A stretch of 32,000 bases of DNA from an uncultured archaeon (GCA_964648855.1 CAZYLT010000011.1:60001-92000), one strand, 5' to 3'; shown: positions 8,269 to 18,819, counted from the first letter of the stretch. Notes: a model not told the origin generated them from the sequence alone. Numbers and translations: made by a program.

Positions 8269-8988
8269 ATGAAAGACCGGAAACACACTATTTGTGAAAT
8301 CTGTGGTCAGCCCATCACTGTAGATGAGACTAGAGTCAACGCTTCTGGTTGGCTTGGCTCACTGGTGGGATACGGTGGAGATGTTCACTACTCTTGTGCT
8401 GCTCGCATTGCTAATGATCGAGCCTATCTTTCTGGCGAGCCGCCGTGGGACATAGGACGCCATCATCCTGAGTTAGAACGATTGGTGGAATCAGGAGAAT
8501 TAGAAAGAGGGCAAGTTCTTATTCCTGGAGTTGGTCTTGGTCAGAATGCGATTTATCTTGCTAACCACGGATTCGAAGTGGTTGCGGTTGACATATCCCA
8601 GGAGGCAATCAAGAAGCTAAATCAGAGAGCATGTACAGCAAATGTGAAGATACGTACTGTAGTCACCGATTTCATAACAGATGACAAGAGAATCGAGGGG
8701 TCTTACGATTACGTTTTCGAACGGTCCTTCCTTCAGACTCTTCCGCCAATGCTGAGACTGAAATATTTTCAAAGAGTTGCTAAAATCTTACGACCAGATG
8801 GGATGTACATAGGTATTATTCGTGGCCCTAGACATCCGCCGGCTACTAACCAACCGTACTCATTCGAGCGAAAGGAGATTGTGGATTTGATTACGCCCGA
8901 TTTCCAGAGGCATGAGATTTCCAAAACCGTTTCTGGACAAGGCGATGGTGTCCGAAATTACTGGTTAGTAAAAGCTTACATCAACTAG
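8269..8988 (+). CDS. Class I SAM methyltransferase (TPMT/TehB-like) with N-terminal CxxC...HxxC Zn finger
   Basis: PPWDIG, VLIPGVGLGQNAIYLA, AVDIS, YDYVFER, LRPDG; N-terminal CEIC...HYSC. Confidence 0.8.
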   Translation: MKDRKHTICEICGQPITVDETRVNASGWLGSLVGYGGDVHYSCAARIANDRAYLSGEPPWDIGRHHPELERLVESGELERGQVLIPGVGLGQNAIYLANHGFEVVAVDISQEAIKKLNQRACTANVKIRTVVTDFITDDKRIEGSYDYVFERSFLQTLPPMLRLKYFQRVAKILRPDGMYIGIIRGPRHPPATNQPYSFERKEIVDLITPDFQRHEISKTVSGQGDGVRNYWLVKAYIN

Positions 8989-10105
8989 ACACCTTGTTTG
9001 CTTGAGGTGAATAGACACCATCACATTCTTCATCTCTACTGCTTCCAACAAATATCAACAGGCCGAGCGTTGACATGAATGCTGCAAAAATCATTATTGC
9101 ATGATAACCGGGCCAAAGTGCAAACAGCACAGTAGCGATAATCGGGCCCAAAACCCCTGATATTGACATGACAGATGTTAGAAGGCCGGAGGCGGTTGAT
9201 CTGTCCAAGTTTCGTTCTGTGACGTACTTGAGCGCTCCAACATAAAGGCAAGACCAGGCAAAGCCAAGGATGATTTGTGTTGGGATGACCTGCAGCACGT
9301 TCGTGACGAAAACAAGCGAAGTGAAGGTTAAAGCCGAGCCAACAAGTCCGGTTGCAACAAGTGTTCTACATCTGAATCTATCTGTGAAACCAGCCATGAA
9401 TATGACCTGTGAAACTGCATTTGTCGCTTGAATCATGCCAATTAGGAAGTAATCCGCACCAATATCGAATAGGAATAATGGCCAAAGTGTCCATAGAGCA
9501 GAGGCACTGCTATGGCGGATTAAGACTGCAGTGTATACTGACCAATTACGTTTCAGAGTTTCAATAGGAAATAGAGGAACATCTACTGCTGGATGATGCA
9601 CAGTGGGCAGCGTCATTGTGCAGACAAAAGCCAGCGCAAAGAATAGAGTAGATACCAAAAATGAATTGTATATTCCAAAACCTGCTGCAAATCCTGCAGC
9701 TACCGTTCCAATGCCCCATCCAACAGCTCCGAAAGCGGCGAATTTTCCCATCTTGATATCCGACTCAAATGCATACGCCGCAAGAGCTCCCGGATACATT
9801 CCGATGCAGAAGCCGTTTAGAATGCGAATAACAAATAGGATTGACGGATCTGAGGCAAACAGCAGAAGTGTAGAGCTTACAGTGCACAGAAGGAGTCCTC
9901 CCCTCAGGATAATCCGCCTCCCATAAATATCCCCAGCTCTTCCGAAGATATAGGATGAAACAAATGCTGCAATAGCATAAGCACCAACAATGAATGTGAT
10001 ATAGAACTCATCTGTGCCAAGAAACTCTCTAGCAAGAATTGGTATGTAGGTGCCAGCTGAGAATACAGCCGCACCCGCCATCATCTGGATTGTCTGAGTA
10101 CGCAA
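8981..10105 (-). CDS. MFS transporter
   Basis: Motif A (GRAGDIYGRR), 12 hydrophobic segments. Confidence 0.85.
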   Translation of the reverse strand: MRTQTIQMMAGAAVFSAGTYIPILAREFLGTDEFYITFIVGAYAIAAFVSSYIFGRAGDIYGRRIILRGGLLLCTVSSTLLLFASDPSILFVIRILNGFCIGMYPGALAAYAFESDIKMGKFAAFGAVGWGIGTVAAGFAAGFGIYNSFLVSTLFFALAFVCTMTLPTVHHPAVDVPLFPIETLKRNWSVYTAVLIRHSSASALWTLWPLFLFDIGADYFLIGMIQATNAVSQVIFMAGFTDRFRCRTLVATGLVGSALTFTSLVFVTNVLQVIPTQIILGFAWSCLYVGALKYVTERNLDRSTASGLLTSVMSISGVLGPIIATVLFALWPGYHAIMIFAAFMSTLGLLIFVGSSRDEECDGVYSPQANKVSS

Positions 10106-10556
10106 CAGGCCATCACTAATTCAAAGACAAAAGCAGCCATCTAATTAAGCGTATGATTATGTCAATTGGATTTATGGCACTATCCTGCAATAAATGACCA
10201 TTGTCACATACTCCTTGCTGTCGGAGGACTTTATGAGGAGAACGGGTGCAGATGATGAAATACAAGATGGTCTGTCCGTCGACTACATATGTAGGATGAT
10301 TTTGAACGACTTGACATCAATCACAAAGATGAGACTCCCTTGGCGGTCAAACATGTATCCTGACATTAAGCAAAAACATCATGTAGAGTGAACGAATTGC
10401 CTGTTTTCAATACATCGTTCTCCTGCAATCTACTACATCCCCAGAGTAGACTATAGGGTACTTTATCAATGCCTCCACTCCAAGGCAATCTCTTCATCAG
10501 AAGTGATGAACTCATTCAGCCTTATTCACGGGCTGCCTGCTTGGTGTCGTAGTCTA

Positions 10557-11876
10557 TCACTCCTCACATTTGAGTGGCGGATATCGATTTCCAATACGTT
10601 GATTCCAGGTTCTGCGAAATGCCTTAGATTTCCACACATTATATACTACAAAGCCGATGATAAGCCACCCTGCGCCAATAAGGAGGGCATCAACTCCCAG
10701 AAAGAGTATTAGTATCAATGGTACGACTATTCCCAAGTATGTGAGGTAAGGAAAGTAAGGGACCTTGTAGGCTCTCTTGAGATTAGCAAATCTTTTTCTT
10801 AGAGCCAAGACTGAAAGGCACACCATAGAAACTACGAGCATATAAGCGAAATTTGATATTTCAGCTATTGCTGTAACACCTTCAGATATGATGAGCGCTA
10901 AGCAGATGATTGCAGTTATGGCGACTGCGTTGGTTGGCACGTCTCTCTTGGACAGCCTAGCAAAGAATTGTGGCAAGAATTCATCTCTGGCCAAGGCATA
11001 CGCGTTTCTCGAGGCTGCCATGAGTGCCACATTCAGTGTGGAGAGTGTCGCAAGAGCAGCTGCAAACACCAATAGGTTTCTCCAAATCCCAACATCAAAG
11101 AACTGAAGGAGTGCAACCTCAGGATTGATTATTTCTCCGGCGCTTACAGCACCAGCAAAGACGAAGGCGAATCCTGTGTAGAGAATGCCAGAGATGACCA
11201 CAGATGCTATCAATGCCTTTGGGATTGTAATCCTCGGTTCCTTGACCTCCGCCGATATTGTGGTTATGGTTTCGAATCCAATGTAACAGAGAAATACAAT
11301 ACTGGTGGCAGGCAATAACGCAAAGACACCATTTGGAAACATGTTTTGATAACTAGAGATGTCAGTGATCAATACCCCCCTTCCAATGAATATGATGAAC
11401 ATGATGATTAGGGCCGCAGTGATAATCTTCTCAGCTTCTATGACCTTTGTTACCCCTGAAAAGTTGATGGCAGCGAAAATTAGAAAGGTGATCACGGCTA
11501 CGGGAAGTGCAGGAACGGTTGTTCCGCTGGTTATGTAGAGCGAAAAAGCTGCCGCACTGAAAGAAGCATAGGCCATATTGCCCATCCAAATAAGCCAACC
11601 TACGTAGTATGCCGAACTGCCGAATGCTTCCTCAACAAAGCAGAATCCTCCTCCTTCAACAGGATACATAGCAGCCATCTCGCCATAGTGCATGGCGATA
11701 GCCACTGCCAGAATAAAATTGAAAATGAATGCAAGAATCACGGATGGGCCCGTTATTGCCGTTGCGTCTCCTAGCAGGACAAACACACCTGCGCCCATTG
11801 TTGCTCCAACGCCAAGCATCGTAAGTCCTAAAAGACCAACGTTCCTATGAAATTCCTTTTCTTGAATAACTGACAT
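10557..11876 (-). CDS. APC family amino acid permease
   Basis: GATMGAGVF, GPS, EMAAMYPVEGG, YIGFE, EVKEPRITIP, ALARD..LP, RAYKVP motifs. Confidence 0.92.
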   Translation of the reverse strand: MSVIQEKEFHRNVGLLGLTMLGVGATMGAGVFVLLGDATAITGPSVILAFIFNFILAVAIAMHYGEMAAMYPVEGGGFCFVEEAFGSSAYYVGWLIWMGNMAYASFSAAAFSLYITSGTTVPALPVAVITFLIFAAINFSGVTKVIEAEKIITAALIIMFIIFIGRGVLITDISSYQNMFPNGVFALLPATSIVFLCYIGFETITTISAEVKEPRITIPKALIASVVISGILYTGFAFVFAGAVSAGEIINPEVALLQFFDVGIWRNLLVFAAALATLSTLNVALMAASRNAYALARDEFLPQFFARLSKRDVPTNAVAITAIICLALIISEGVTAIAEISNFAYMLVVSMVCLSVLALRKRFANLKRAYKVPYFPYLTYLGIVVPLILILFLGVDALLIGAGWLIIGFVVYNVWKSKAFRRTWNQRIGNRYPPLKCEE

Positions 11877-11972
11877 ACCTGTCTAAAAAACACGCAATTA
11901 ATATATTCTTCGTTGGTAGAAATACCATTACTGAGAATTGTGGCAAGTATGAAGATGATTGGCTGGGCCATC

Positions 11973-13022
11973 TCATCTACAATCTTTCAGTAGAAACTCA
12001 TACACCAATTTCAGCGTATTCTTCACGTCATTCAGCCTGATAGTTTCGAAACTGCTATGTGAATATCGGCAAGGAACCCCAACGGCTGCAACCTTTTGAC
12101 CTTGAGAAGCGATTCTATAGCCGTCTGTTGCATAGTTATGATACACAGCTCTTTGGAATTCAATATTGTTGTCACGTGCGGTATTCGACAATGCTTCGGT
12201 TATCTGATGGGAGTAAACGATTTGGCTATCTTTGATGACAATCACTGGTCCCTTGCCCAGACCGACATTTGCTTCTCCCTGTGTTCCTGGATAATCGTCT
12301 GCTAACCCGATCTCTATTACAAGTACGGCATCAGCATCTATCTCATCAGCGATGGCAGTCGCACCCTTGGCTCCTATTTCCTCCATAACTGTAGAAACAA
12401 AAGTTACTGTTGGTTTCGAGTCTTCAGAGACCTCCGAAAGCAGTTGTGCCAGCCGCACCATGATAGCCAGTCCAATTCTATCATCAATGCATTTTCCAAC
12501 CACGTTTTTCCCGATTAATGTAGTTTCAGTATCATAGACAACATGGGTTCCAATATCAATACCCTTCTCATTGACTTCTTCTGATGATTGTGCTCCAATA
12601 TCGATAAAGACTTCATCCCAAGATGGTATCTTCTTTTTTCCTTTTGCCCCTGCGATGTGGGCTGTTTTCACACAGAAGCAACCGGGTATCATCCCTTGCT
12701 CAGCCATGAACAACACCCTTTGGCCAGGCATAAGACGCATATCCGGTTGATATCCTTGGGTATTCCATTTCGCCTGTATGAACCCATTGTCATCAATATT
12801 GCTCACCAAGAATCCTACTTCATCTGCATGAGCTACAATAACATAGTGCCTTCTTGTACCCCCCATTGTGGCCGTTAAATTGCCAATCTTGTCTGTTTTA
12901 ATCTCATCGCAATACTGAGATAATTCATCTCTAACCCGTTTCTGTACAATCTCTTCGCGGCCTACTGGTCCTGGCAACTCACATAGTTCTTTGAGCGTCG
13001 CAAATATATCCTCAGACAACAA
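11973..13022 (-). CDS. M42 family (TET) aminopeptidase
   Basis: AHADEVG, DDRIG, EEIG and YSHS metal ligands (IEIG in place of the usual xD). Start at TTG 13022 or 13019 after GTAGGG, with TTTATA ~30 nt upstream. Confidence 0.9.
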   Translation of the reverse strand: MLSEDIFATLKELCELPGPVGREEIVQKRVRDELSQYCDEIKTDKIGNLTATMGGTRRHYVIVAHADEVGFLVSNIDDNGFIQAKWNTQGYQPDMRLMPGQRVLFMAEQGMIPGCFCVKTAHIAGAKGKKKIPSWDEVFIDIGAQSSEEVNEKGIDIGTHVVYDTETTLIGKNVVGKCIDDRIGLAIMVRLAQLLSEVSEDSKPTVTFVSTVMEEIGAKGATAIADEIDADAVLVIEIGLADDYPGTQGEANVGLGKGPVIVIKDSQIVYSHQITEALSNTARDNNIEFQRAVYHNYATDGYRIASQGQKVAAVGVPCRYSHSSFETIRLNDVKNTLKLVYEFLLKDCR

Positions 13023-13116
13023 TATCCCTACCGATTCAATTTGGTTGAACATATAAATACGATTCATTGATGTAGACTCGCATAGCAGAAGAACCTCAGA
13101 ATAACAAAATACAAAC

Positions 13117-13257
13117 ATGTCCGCCAATTCAACACAGTCCATCTCTCAGTGTGAACAAATTCAATCAATGATTATCAGCGTACGCACGATTGTCCTTTTG
13201 GTGGTAGCAATCCTTTCTCTAGCACTGGCGTTATATGGTGTCAGATATGGGCACTGA
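13117..13257 (+). CDS. Putative 46-aa single-TM microprotein
   Basis: MSANSTQSISQCEQIQSMIISVRTIVLLVVAILSLALALYGVRYGH; uninterrupted hydrophobic stretch filling an intergenic gap; below the ORF-track cutoff. Confidence 0.4.
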   Translation: MSANSTQSISQCEQIQSMIISVRTIVLLVVAILSLALALYGVRYGH

Positions 13258-13372
13258 TGCTATCCTCTTCCTTTGAGATTTGCAGTTACTTACTACCATG
13301 TATATCCGGATATTATAGAGCGATTATTCAGCTATTACCTGAGCATATATACCGTCATACACACCATATTGT

Positions 13373-13828
13373 ATGGCATTCGAAGACATTCTAATCGGAC
13401 TTGGAATTGGGCTCCTAATTTCATTTTTTATCTATGTTATAATGGCAATCCGTCTGCGCCATCGTATATCCCAAGTAGAATCCGAATTCCAGAAACTTTG
13501 GGCTCAGCAGGAATCGAGTGTCAGAAAGGATGCTGCTAATAGAAGCCGATATGTTCTCAAGGGGAAAATTGCAGAGCACATGGTCCCCATGCTGAGTGAT
13601 ATATTCACTTACGATCCGTCTGATGCCAGATTCATTGGCTCTCCTATCGACTATCTCATCTTTGATGGCTATACTGAAGTGAAGGACACCAAGTCAGGGT
13701 GTCCGATAACAGTGGTATTGGCTGATATCAAGACCGGTGATGCTCGATTAAACAGGACAGAAAAGAGAATTAAAGAGGCAGTGGAGGCGGGCAGGGTCCG
13801 GTGGGAAACCCTTAGGGTAGATTTCTGA
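13373..13828 (+). CDS. Membrane-anchored endonuclease related to archaeal Holliday junction resolvase (Endonuc_Holl)
   Basis: N-terminal TM helix, then SRYVLKGKIAEH, DARFIGSPIDYLIFDG, ADIKTG. Confidence 0.85.
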   Translation: MAFEDILIGLGIGLLISFFIYVIMAIRLRHRISQVESEFQKLWAQQESSVRKDAANRSRYVLKGKIAEHMVPMLSDIFTYDPSDARFIGSPIDYLIFDGYTEVKDTKSGCPITVVLADIKTGDARLNRTEKRIKEAVEAGRVRWETLRVDF

Positions 13829-13925
13829 ACAGGAATTTTCTTCTTAATCGGTTCCCCGATTGGCAAGTAATTAGAACAGGTGTTCTAGCTAGTCTTAGGA
13901 AGAGTGATTTTTTCTGCAGAAATTA

Positions 13926-14255
13926 CTACTCGTGGAAACAATCTCGCATTAGTGCTTTCATCAATGCATCTCTTATGGTGCCTTCGTCAGGAAGGCCCAA
14001 AATCTTCTCGTGGCAAATTGCAATCGTTGGGAGACCAAGGATTTCCTCCTCATATACACTCTCCTCGTTTTGTCCCACATCTATTTCCATCACAGACTTC
14101 TTAGACATTCCAAATTGAGTCAAGGTGTCCGATAGGATCTCATGTGCAGCATCGCAAAAGAAACAGTAGTCGCTCCTATAGAAAGTGATGCAGCTGGACT
14201 GGTCGCATCCTTGTTTAGAATTCAGTGCTGTGGTGGCAAGCGCACTTGATTTCAT
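13926..14255 (-). CDS. Thioredoxin/glutaredoxin-like protein
   Basis: CFFC active site, EIDV, GLPT cis-Pro motif. Confidence 0.75.
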   Translation of the reverse strand: MKSSALATTALNSKQGCDQSSCITFYRSDYCFFCDAAHEILSDTLTQFGMSKKSVMEIDVGQNEESVYEEEILGLPTIAICHEKILGLPDEGTIRDALMKALMRDCFHE

Positions 14256-14343
14256 TCAGGTACCTCCCGGATTGTACTGTGCAGCTGTAGTACACGCCTG
14301 AATATATAGGGCTAATTGGTGTGAATACAAAATATTAGGCCAA

Positions 14344-14847
14344 TCAATCTGCTTCGTTTCTAGCTTCAAAATCCTTATGTAGCTTTTTTGCGAGGCTTAC
14401 TCCAAATTCAAATGCCCGTTCCCGTTCTCCATCCGCCAGAGGCCCTTTTCTTCCCTCTACCTTGCATGAAAGGCCTGACATCACACACTCGATTCCAGGC
14501 AACTTATCTTCAATAATCTTCTCAAGTTTGTTAAGTGCAACGCCCCTGTTACCTCCGGTATAGGTGTCAAATGCAGCTCCTATTTTGCATTTTGGGTGAA
14601 CTATTGATGCCCTTTCTATGAATTTGACAAGGTTATTGGCTGGCTTTTGGTTATGGTTAGGACAACCGAGGAGAATCGCATCATAGGCAAGTAACTGATC
14701 TGTATGAATCTCACTAGGCTTGACAACTCTAACTTCAGTATCCCCAGAATTGCTGATTCCCTTACCTATCTCTTCAGCAATGAGTTTCGTATTACCATAG
14801 ACACTCTCGTATACAACAATAGTCTTGAACATAGGAACTCGTTGCAT
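14344..14847 (-). CDS. Flavodoxin family protein
   Basis: YESVYGNTKLIAE FMN loop, LGCP, AAFDTY, RAFEFG. Confidence 0.88.
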   Translation of the reverse strand: MQRVPMFKTIVVYESVYGNTKLIAEEIGKGISNSGDTEVRVVKPSEIHTDQLLAYDAILLGCPNHNQKPANNLVKFIERASIVHPKCKIGAAFDTYTGGNRGVALNKLEKIIEDKLPGIECVMSGLSCKVEGRKGPLADGERERAFEFGVSLAKKLHKDFEARNEAD

Positions 14848-15024
14848 CCAGCATTACTCCCCCTATTTGAGTTGCTCGGCTTTAACTATGTATTTTCATG
14901 AATATTCCATATCTCCGGGGCCAGTTCATTCACTTGGGAATTTGTAAATAACACTTATTACCCATCGTGCTTTCTCCCGCCCAGCGAACCATAATTCGCG
15001 TACGCAAGTCGGGAGGACTATGAT

Positions 15025-17946
15025 TTGAAGTACCACAAGTTCACTCTATTTTTTGCAGTATCCTTCCTTCTCATAGGCGTGGCTATAGTTTCACCAACCT
15101 TTGCTGCCAGGCCTCCGAAGGACACAACACCACCATCAGTCACTATCACCAATCCCAGCGATGGGGAAATAGTGTCTGGGATTGTCACAATCACATTTTC
15201 AGCTACTGATGAGAATCCCGTTGTAGGCTATGAGATTCTCATAGATGGACAACTGTATTCTGAGGACCAGACCTATGATTGGGATACAACTATAGAGTCA
15301 GATGGTGACTACTCCATAACATGTAGGGCAAGAGACAACTCAAGGAATTGGGGTGAAGACTCGATCTTGGTCACTGTTGACAATAGCGGTGAAAACATTG
15401 CTCCATCAGTCACCATTACGAACCCCACTGATGGTTCAAGTGTTTCTGGAATAGTAAGCATAACTGTATCCGTAAATGATGAGGAAACACTTACGCCAGA
15501 CATATACATTGATGGAACTCTTGTCGCCTCAGCATCCACCTATGATTGGGACACTACTGGTTATACAGATGGCTCACATGAGATATTCGCAGAGGCAACT
15601 GATGCAGGTGGACTCACTGGTTCTGATACAAGCACGGTATCGGTGGATAACAGTGGATTGGAGGAACCCGTCTCTGATGCCATCAAAGTGATGACCTACA
15701 ATATCGAGGCATCTGGTGCCAATGAGGATTGGAAGCAGGTAGTAAAGGAGGAAAACGCGGACATTCTCATTCTCGTAGAAACAGGGACATGGGACGACAA
15801 TGGAAATCAAATTCTCAATGACGTAGTGAATGAGTTCAATTCTTACTTCTCAGATGAAACACCATATGTTGGCTACTGTGCTCAGGACATCACCTATTCA
15901 ACTAGTGGCGAAGCAATTTTGAGCAGATATCCAGTCTTGGAGTTCAATCAAATCCCAATAGTTCCTCTAGACGATGGATCAGACTATGATGTCACTCACG
16001 ACTTTGTAGAAGCCGTGTTGGATATTGATGGAACAGTCGTTCACGTCTTTGGTTCACACCTGAAGGCAATGTCCGGTTCGGAAAACGAATGGAGACGAGA
16101 ACGAGAAACGGAAGGAATAATCAATTACATGGACAATCTTGGCAATATTCCCATTATGTACGTGGGTGACCTCAATTCATTCTCTCCTGATGATACGGGT
16201 GACTTAGCCCCGATGGGCGATTTAGGATATGGCCCCATGACAATGAAGCTCTATTCATCGGACCCCACTTACGGTCAATACTCGTCCGATGTACATACGT
16301 TCACGGATGTCTTCAGAACTCTGAATCCGACGGATCCAGGCTATACATATGGCCATCAAGACACACAATACACCTCGAGAATTGACTTCTTGATTGTCAA
16401 TTCATTCTTCAATGACAAACTCATCAATTCAACCTGTGGTGACACGCTTACTGCAGACACAGGATCTGACCACTACAGTGTTGACCTATTCGTAAACTGG
16501 AATTCAACATCGGAACCGGATACAACTCCGCCCACTCAAGTCACAGGCCTTGGAGCCACTACTGTGAGCATGTCACAAATCGACCTATCTTGGAATGCCA
16601 ATACGGAGGACGACCTATCACATTATCGCGTGTACCGAGATGGCGTTCTTGTTGCACAAGTGTACGACACTCAGTACAGCGATACCGGCCTTGAGCCCAG
16701 TACCACTTACGCTTACGAGGTTTCAGCTCGTGATACAAGTCTAAACGAGGGGCCGAAGTCTGACCCTGTCACTGCAACTACAGATGAGGGCGGAAGTGCT
16801 ACTCTGGTTGTGCTCAACGAATTCCTACCAGACCCCTATACACTATACTCTGAAGAATGGATTGAGCTTTACAATCCACAGGATTTGGACGCCGACTTAT
16901 CTGGATATATATTGGATGACATCACTGATGGCGGAACCAATCCGTACACAATTCCTGCGGGTACAACAATTCCTGGGAAAGGATTCTTGGTCTTCTATCA
17001 GGGGGTCACTGGAGTAGGCCTGAATAATGCAGGTGATACTGCCAATCTCATTCAACCTGATGGGAGCACCATCCAAGACTCCTACAGCTATACATCATCC
17101 ACAAATGACGTCAGCTACGGTCGAGAAACCGATGGTGGGTCAACTTGGACCACTTTCACATCGCCTACGCCAGGAGCCTCAAATGGAGGGACATCCGGAA
17201 GTGGTGATGTCGTAGTGCTCAATGAGTTTCTACCTGACCCATATTCGCTATATAGCGAAGAATGGATTGAACTCTATAATCCAACGGATAGTGAAGTTGA
17301 CATCTCAGGTTACGTATTAGACGACATCACATCGGGTGGGACTAGTGCCTATGTCATTCCAGATGGAACTGCGATACCAGCATACGGGTTCATAGTATTC
17401 TATCAGGGGACAACTGGAATTGCATTGAATAACGATGGTGACACAGCGAACTTCCTCAAGCCGGATGGAACAACCGTCCTTGACTCCTATAGCTATTCGT
17501 CATCAACTGATGATGTGAGCTATGGTCGCGAAACTGATGGTGGGTCAACTTGGACAACATTCACATCACCTACGCCTGGCGAGAGTAATACCGGACAGAG
17601 TTCAAACACGAAGGTCCATGTGTCAAGTATCTCTTTCTCCACACGGTATTCCTCTAATGGACGAACCGAATACCTCGATATCACCGTAACTGTGGTTGAT
17701 GAATCTGGTTCTCCTGCTGAAGGGGTCACGGTTGACGGAACTCTGCTGTTGCCAGATGGCTCAAGTGAGAGCTATAGTGGTGTGTCTGACCTCAACGGTG
17801 AGGTCACCTTCACCTACTATTTCAGACCGAACCAATTCCTTCGCTCAGGAGATTATACATTCACTGTTGACAACCTCTCCGGAACCGGCTTTGAGTACGA
17901 TTCAGCTGCTAATCTAGAAACTTCTGATATTTGGACAAAACAATAA
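15025..17946 (+). CDS. Secreted multidomain protein: signal peptide, 2x Ig-like, EEP nuclease/phosphatase, FN3, 2x lamin-tail domain, Ig-like
   Basis: Signal peptide ending near TFA; PSVTITNP repeats; EEP motifs TYNI, LVE, HLKA, GDLNS, RIDF, SDH; FN3 LSWNA/YRVYRDG/LEPSTTY; LTD motifs LNE..P, EWIELYN, LNNxGD, PTPG. Confidence 0.85.
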   Translation: MKYHKFTLFFAVSFLLIGVAIVSPTFAARPPKDTTPPSVTITNPSDGEIVSGIVTITFSATDENPVVGYEILIDGQLYSEDQTYDWDTTIESDGDYSITCRARDNSRNWGEDSILVTVDNSGENIAPSVTITNPTDGSSVSGIVSITVSVNDEETLTPDIYIDGTLVASASTYDWDTTGYTDGSHEIFAEATDAGGLTGSDTSTVSVDNSGLEEPVSDAIKVMTYNIEASGANEDWKQVVKEENADILILVETGTWDDNGNQILNDVVNEFNSYFSDETPYVGYCAQDITYSTSGEAILSRYPVLEFNQIPIVPLDDGSDYDVTHDFVEAVLDIDGTVVHVFGSHLKAMSGSENEWRRERETEGIINYMDNLGNIPIMYVGDLNSFSPDDTGDLAPMGDLGYGPMTMKLYSSDPTYGQYSSDVHTFTDVFRTLNPTDPGYTYGHQDTQYTSRIDFLIVNSFFNDKLINSTCGDTLTADTGSDHYSVDLFVNWNSTSEPDTTPPTQVTGLGATTVSMSQIDLSWNANTEDDLSHYRVYRDGVLVAQVYDTQYSDTGLEPSTTYAYEVSARDTSLNEGPKSDPVTATTDEGGSATLVVLNEFLPDPYTLYSEEWIELYNPQDLDADLSGYILDDITDGGTNPYTIPAGTTIPGKGFLVFYQGVTGVGLNNAGDTANLIQPDGSTIQDSYSYTSSTNDVSYGRETDGGSTWTTFTSPTPGASNGGTSGSGDVVVLNEFLPDPYSLYSEEWIELYNPTDSEVDISGYVLDDITSGGTSAYVIPDGTAIPAYGFIVFYQGTTGIALNNDGDTANFLKPDGTTVLDSYSYSSSTDDVSYGRETDGGSTWTTFTSPTPGESNTGQSSNTKVHVSSISFSTRYSSNGRTEYLDITVTVVDESGSPAEGVTVDGTLLLPDGSSESYSGVSDLNGEVTFTYYFRPNQFLRSGDYTFTVDNLSGTGFEYDSAANLETSDIWTKQ
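16807..17589 (+). repeat. Intragenic tandem duplication of a lamin-tail domain (period 405 bp)
   Basis: VVLNEFLPDPY...SPTPG occurs twice, starting at 16807 and 17212; near-identical protein with many synonymous changes. Confidence 0.9.
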
Positions 17947-18172
17947 TAGCACAACAAAGATGCCGGGGCCTGCCAAATCCTTAGCCGGTCTCGGTCTCTT
18001 TCAACCATCTCTTCATCATACCGTAGAGCAAATCCACCTGCTCATGTGTCAATTTATTGAGCGACCCTGTTATCCAATTCTTCTTCATTTTAGCACTTAC
18101 ATATTCTTCTCGAAGATTCTTTGGCTTTGATTCCTCCATCCGAAAACCTCATCCAGCTTATTTCCAAATGAC

Positions 18173-18697
18173 CTATGTCCACATGTGTTTTGGGTCGAAG
18201 GGATCAGCAGGGCTCATATTTTCATCTCGTACTAGAACATCGTTCTCGAGACTCAGAGCTACAATCGGCTTCGACCCGGAGAATGCAGTGGTGCCCTCTA
18301 TCAAGTATTTGAGAACATGTATGTTTTCCCGCAGGAAGATTTTAGTGTCATTATCAAATGGTTCCTCTGATATTATGAATGCATAGTCTGGAGTAATGAC
18401 CTCTGCATATCGTTTCAGTCTATAGACTTCTTTGAGCGTAGGACGGTTACTTACAATCTCAACAAGCACAGTTCTCTTCGATGCTGATGGAAGTGGTTTC
18501 TCAATAGAAACTTCGCCCACTATCTCCGGGTACTGTTCCCAGGATTCAATCACAGGTTTAGCCAATTCCTTCGCTGCTTCTCTAACCTTTTCCCTAATCA
18601 CATCAGGGTGCGTATACAATTCGCAGCTGCCCACCGCTTCAAAGCTTTTCTTCAGTTGGGCTTCGACTCTCTTCATTAGCTCCTCTTCTATGGTCAA
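18173..18697 (-). CDS. Hypothetical protein, possibly degenerate PD-(D/E)xK fold
   Basis: 174 aa with GGAGA RBS; YPEIVG...VLVEIV...LKRYAEV...YAFIIS resembles the restriction-endonuclease fold. Confidence 0.55.
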   Translation of the reverse strand: MTIEEELMKRVEAQLKKSFEAVGSCELYTHPDVIREKVREAAKELAKPVIESWEQYPEIVGEVSIEKPLPSASKRTVLVEIVSNRPTLKEVYRLKRYAEVITPDYAFIISEEPFDNDTKIFLRENIHVLKYLIEGTTAFSGSKPIVALSLENDVLVRDENMSPADPFDPKHMWT

Positions 18698-18819
18698 TCT
18701 GTGATTCTCCTGCTATTCAATAAAAATGCGCTCGACTATAGGCATTATGGTCCGTGACTTGCAGCAAGTCTGCGTTGAACATATTAGGTGCGAATTTCTC
18801 TGAGCAAATTGTGATTGAC

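Noticed and set aside
10194-10391. 65-aa ORF with internal GGAGG before ATG 10233
   Set aside because: No recognisable motif or paralog, so it cannot be supported, though it is not excluded.
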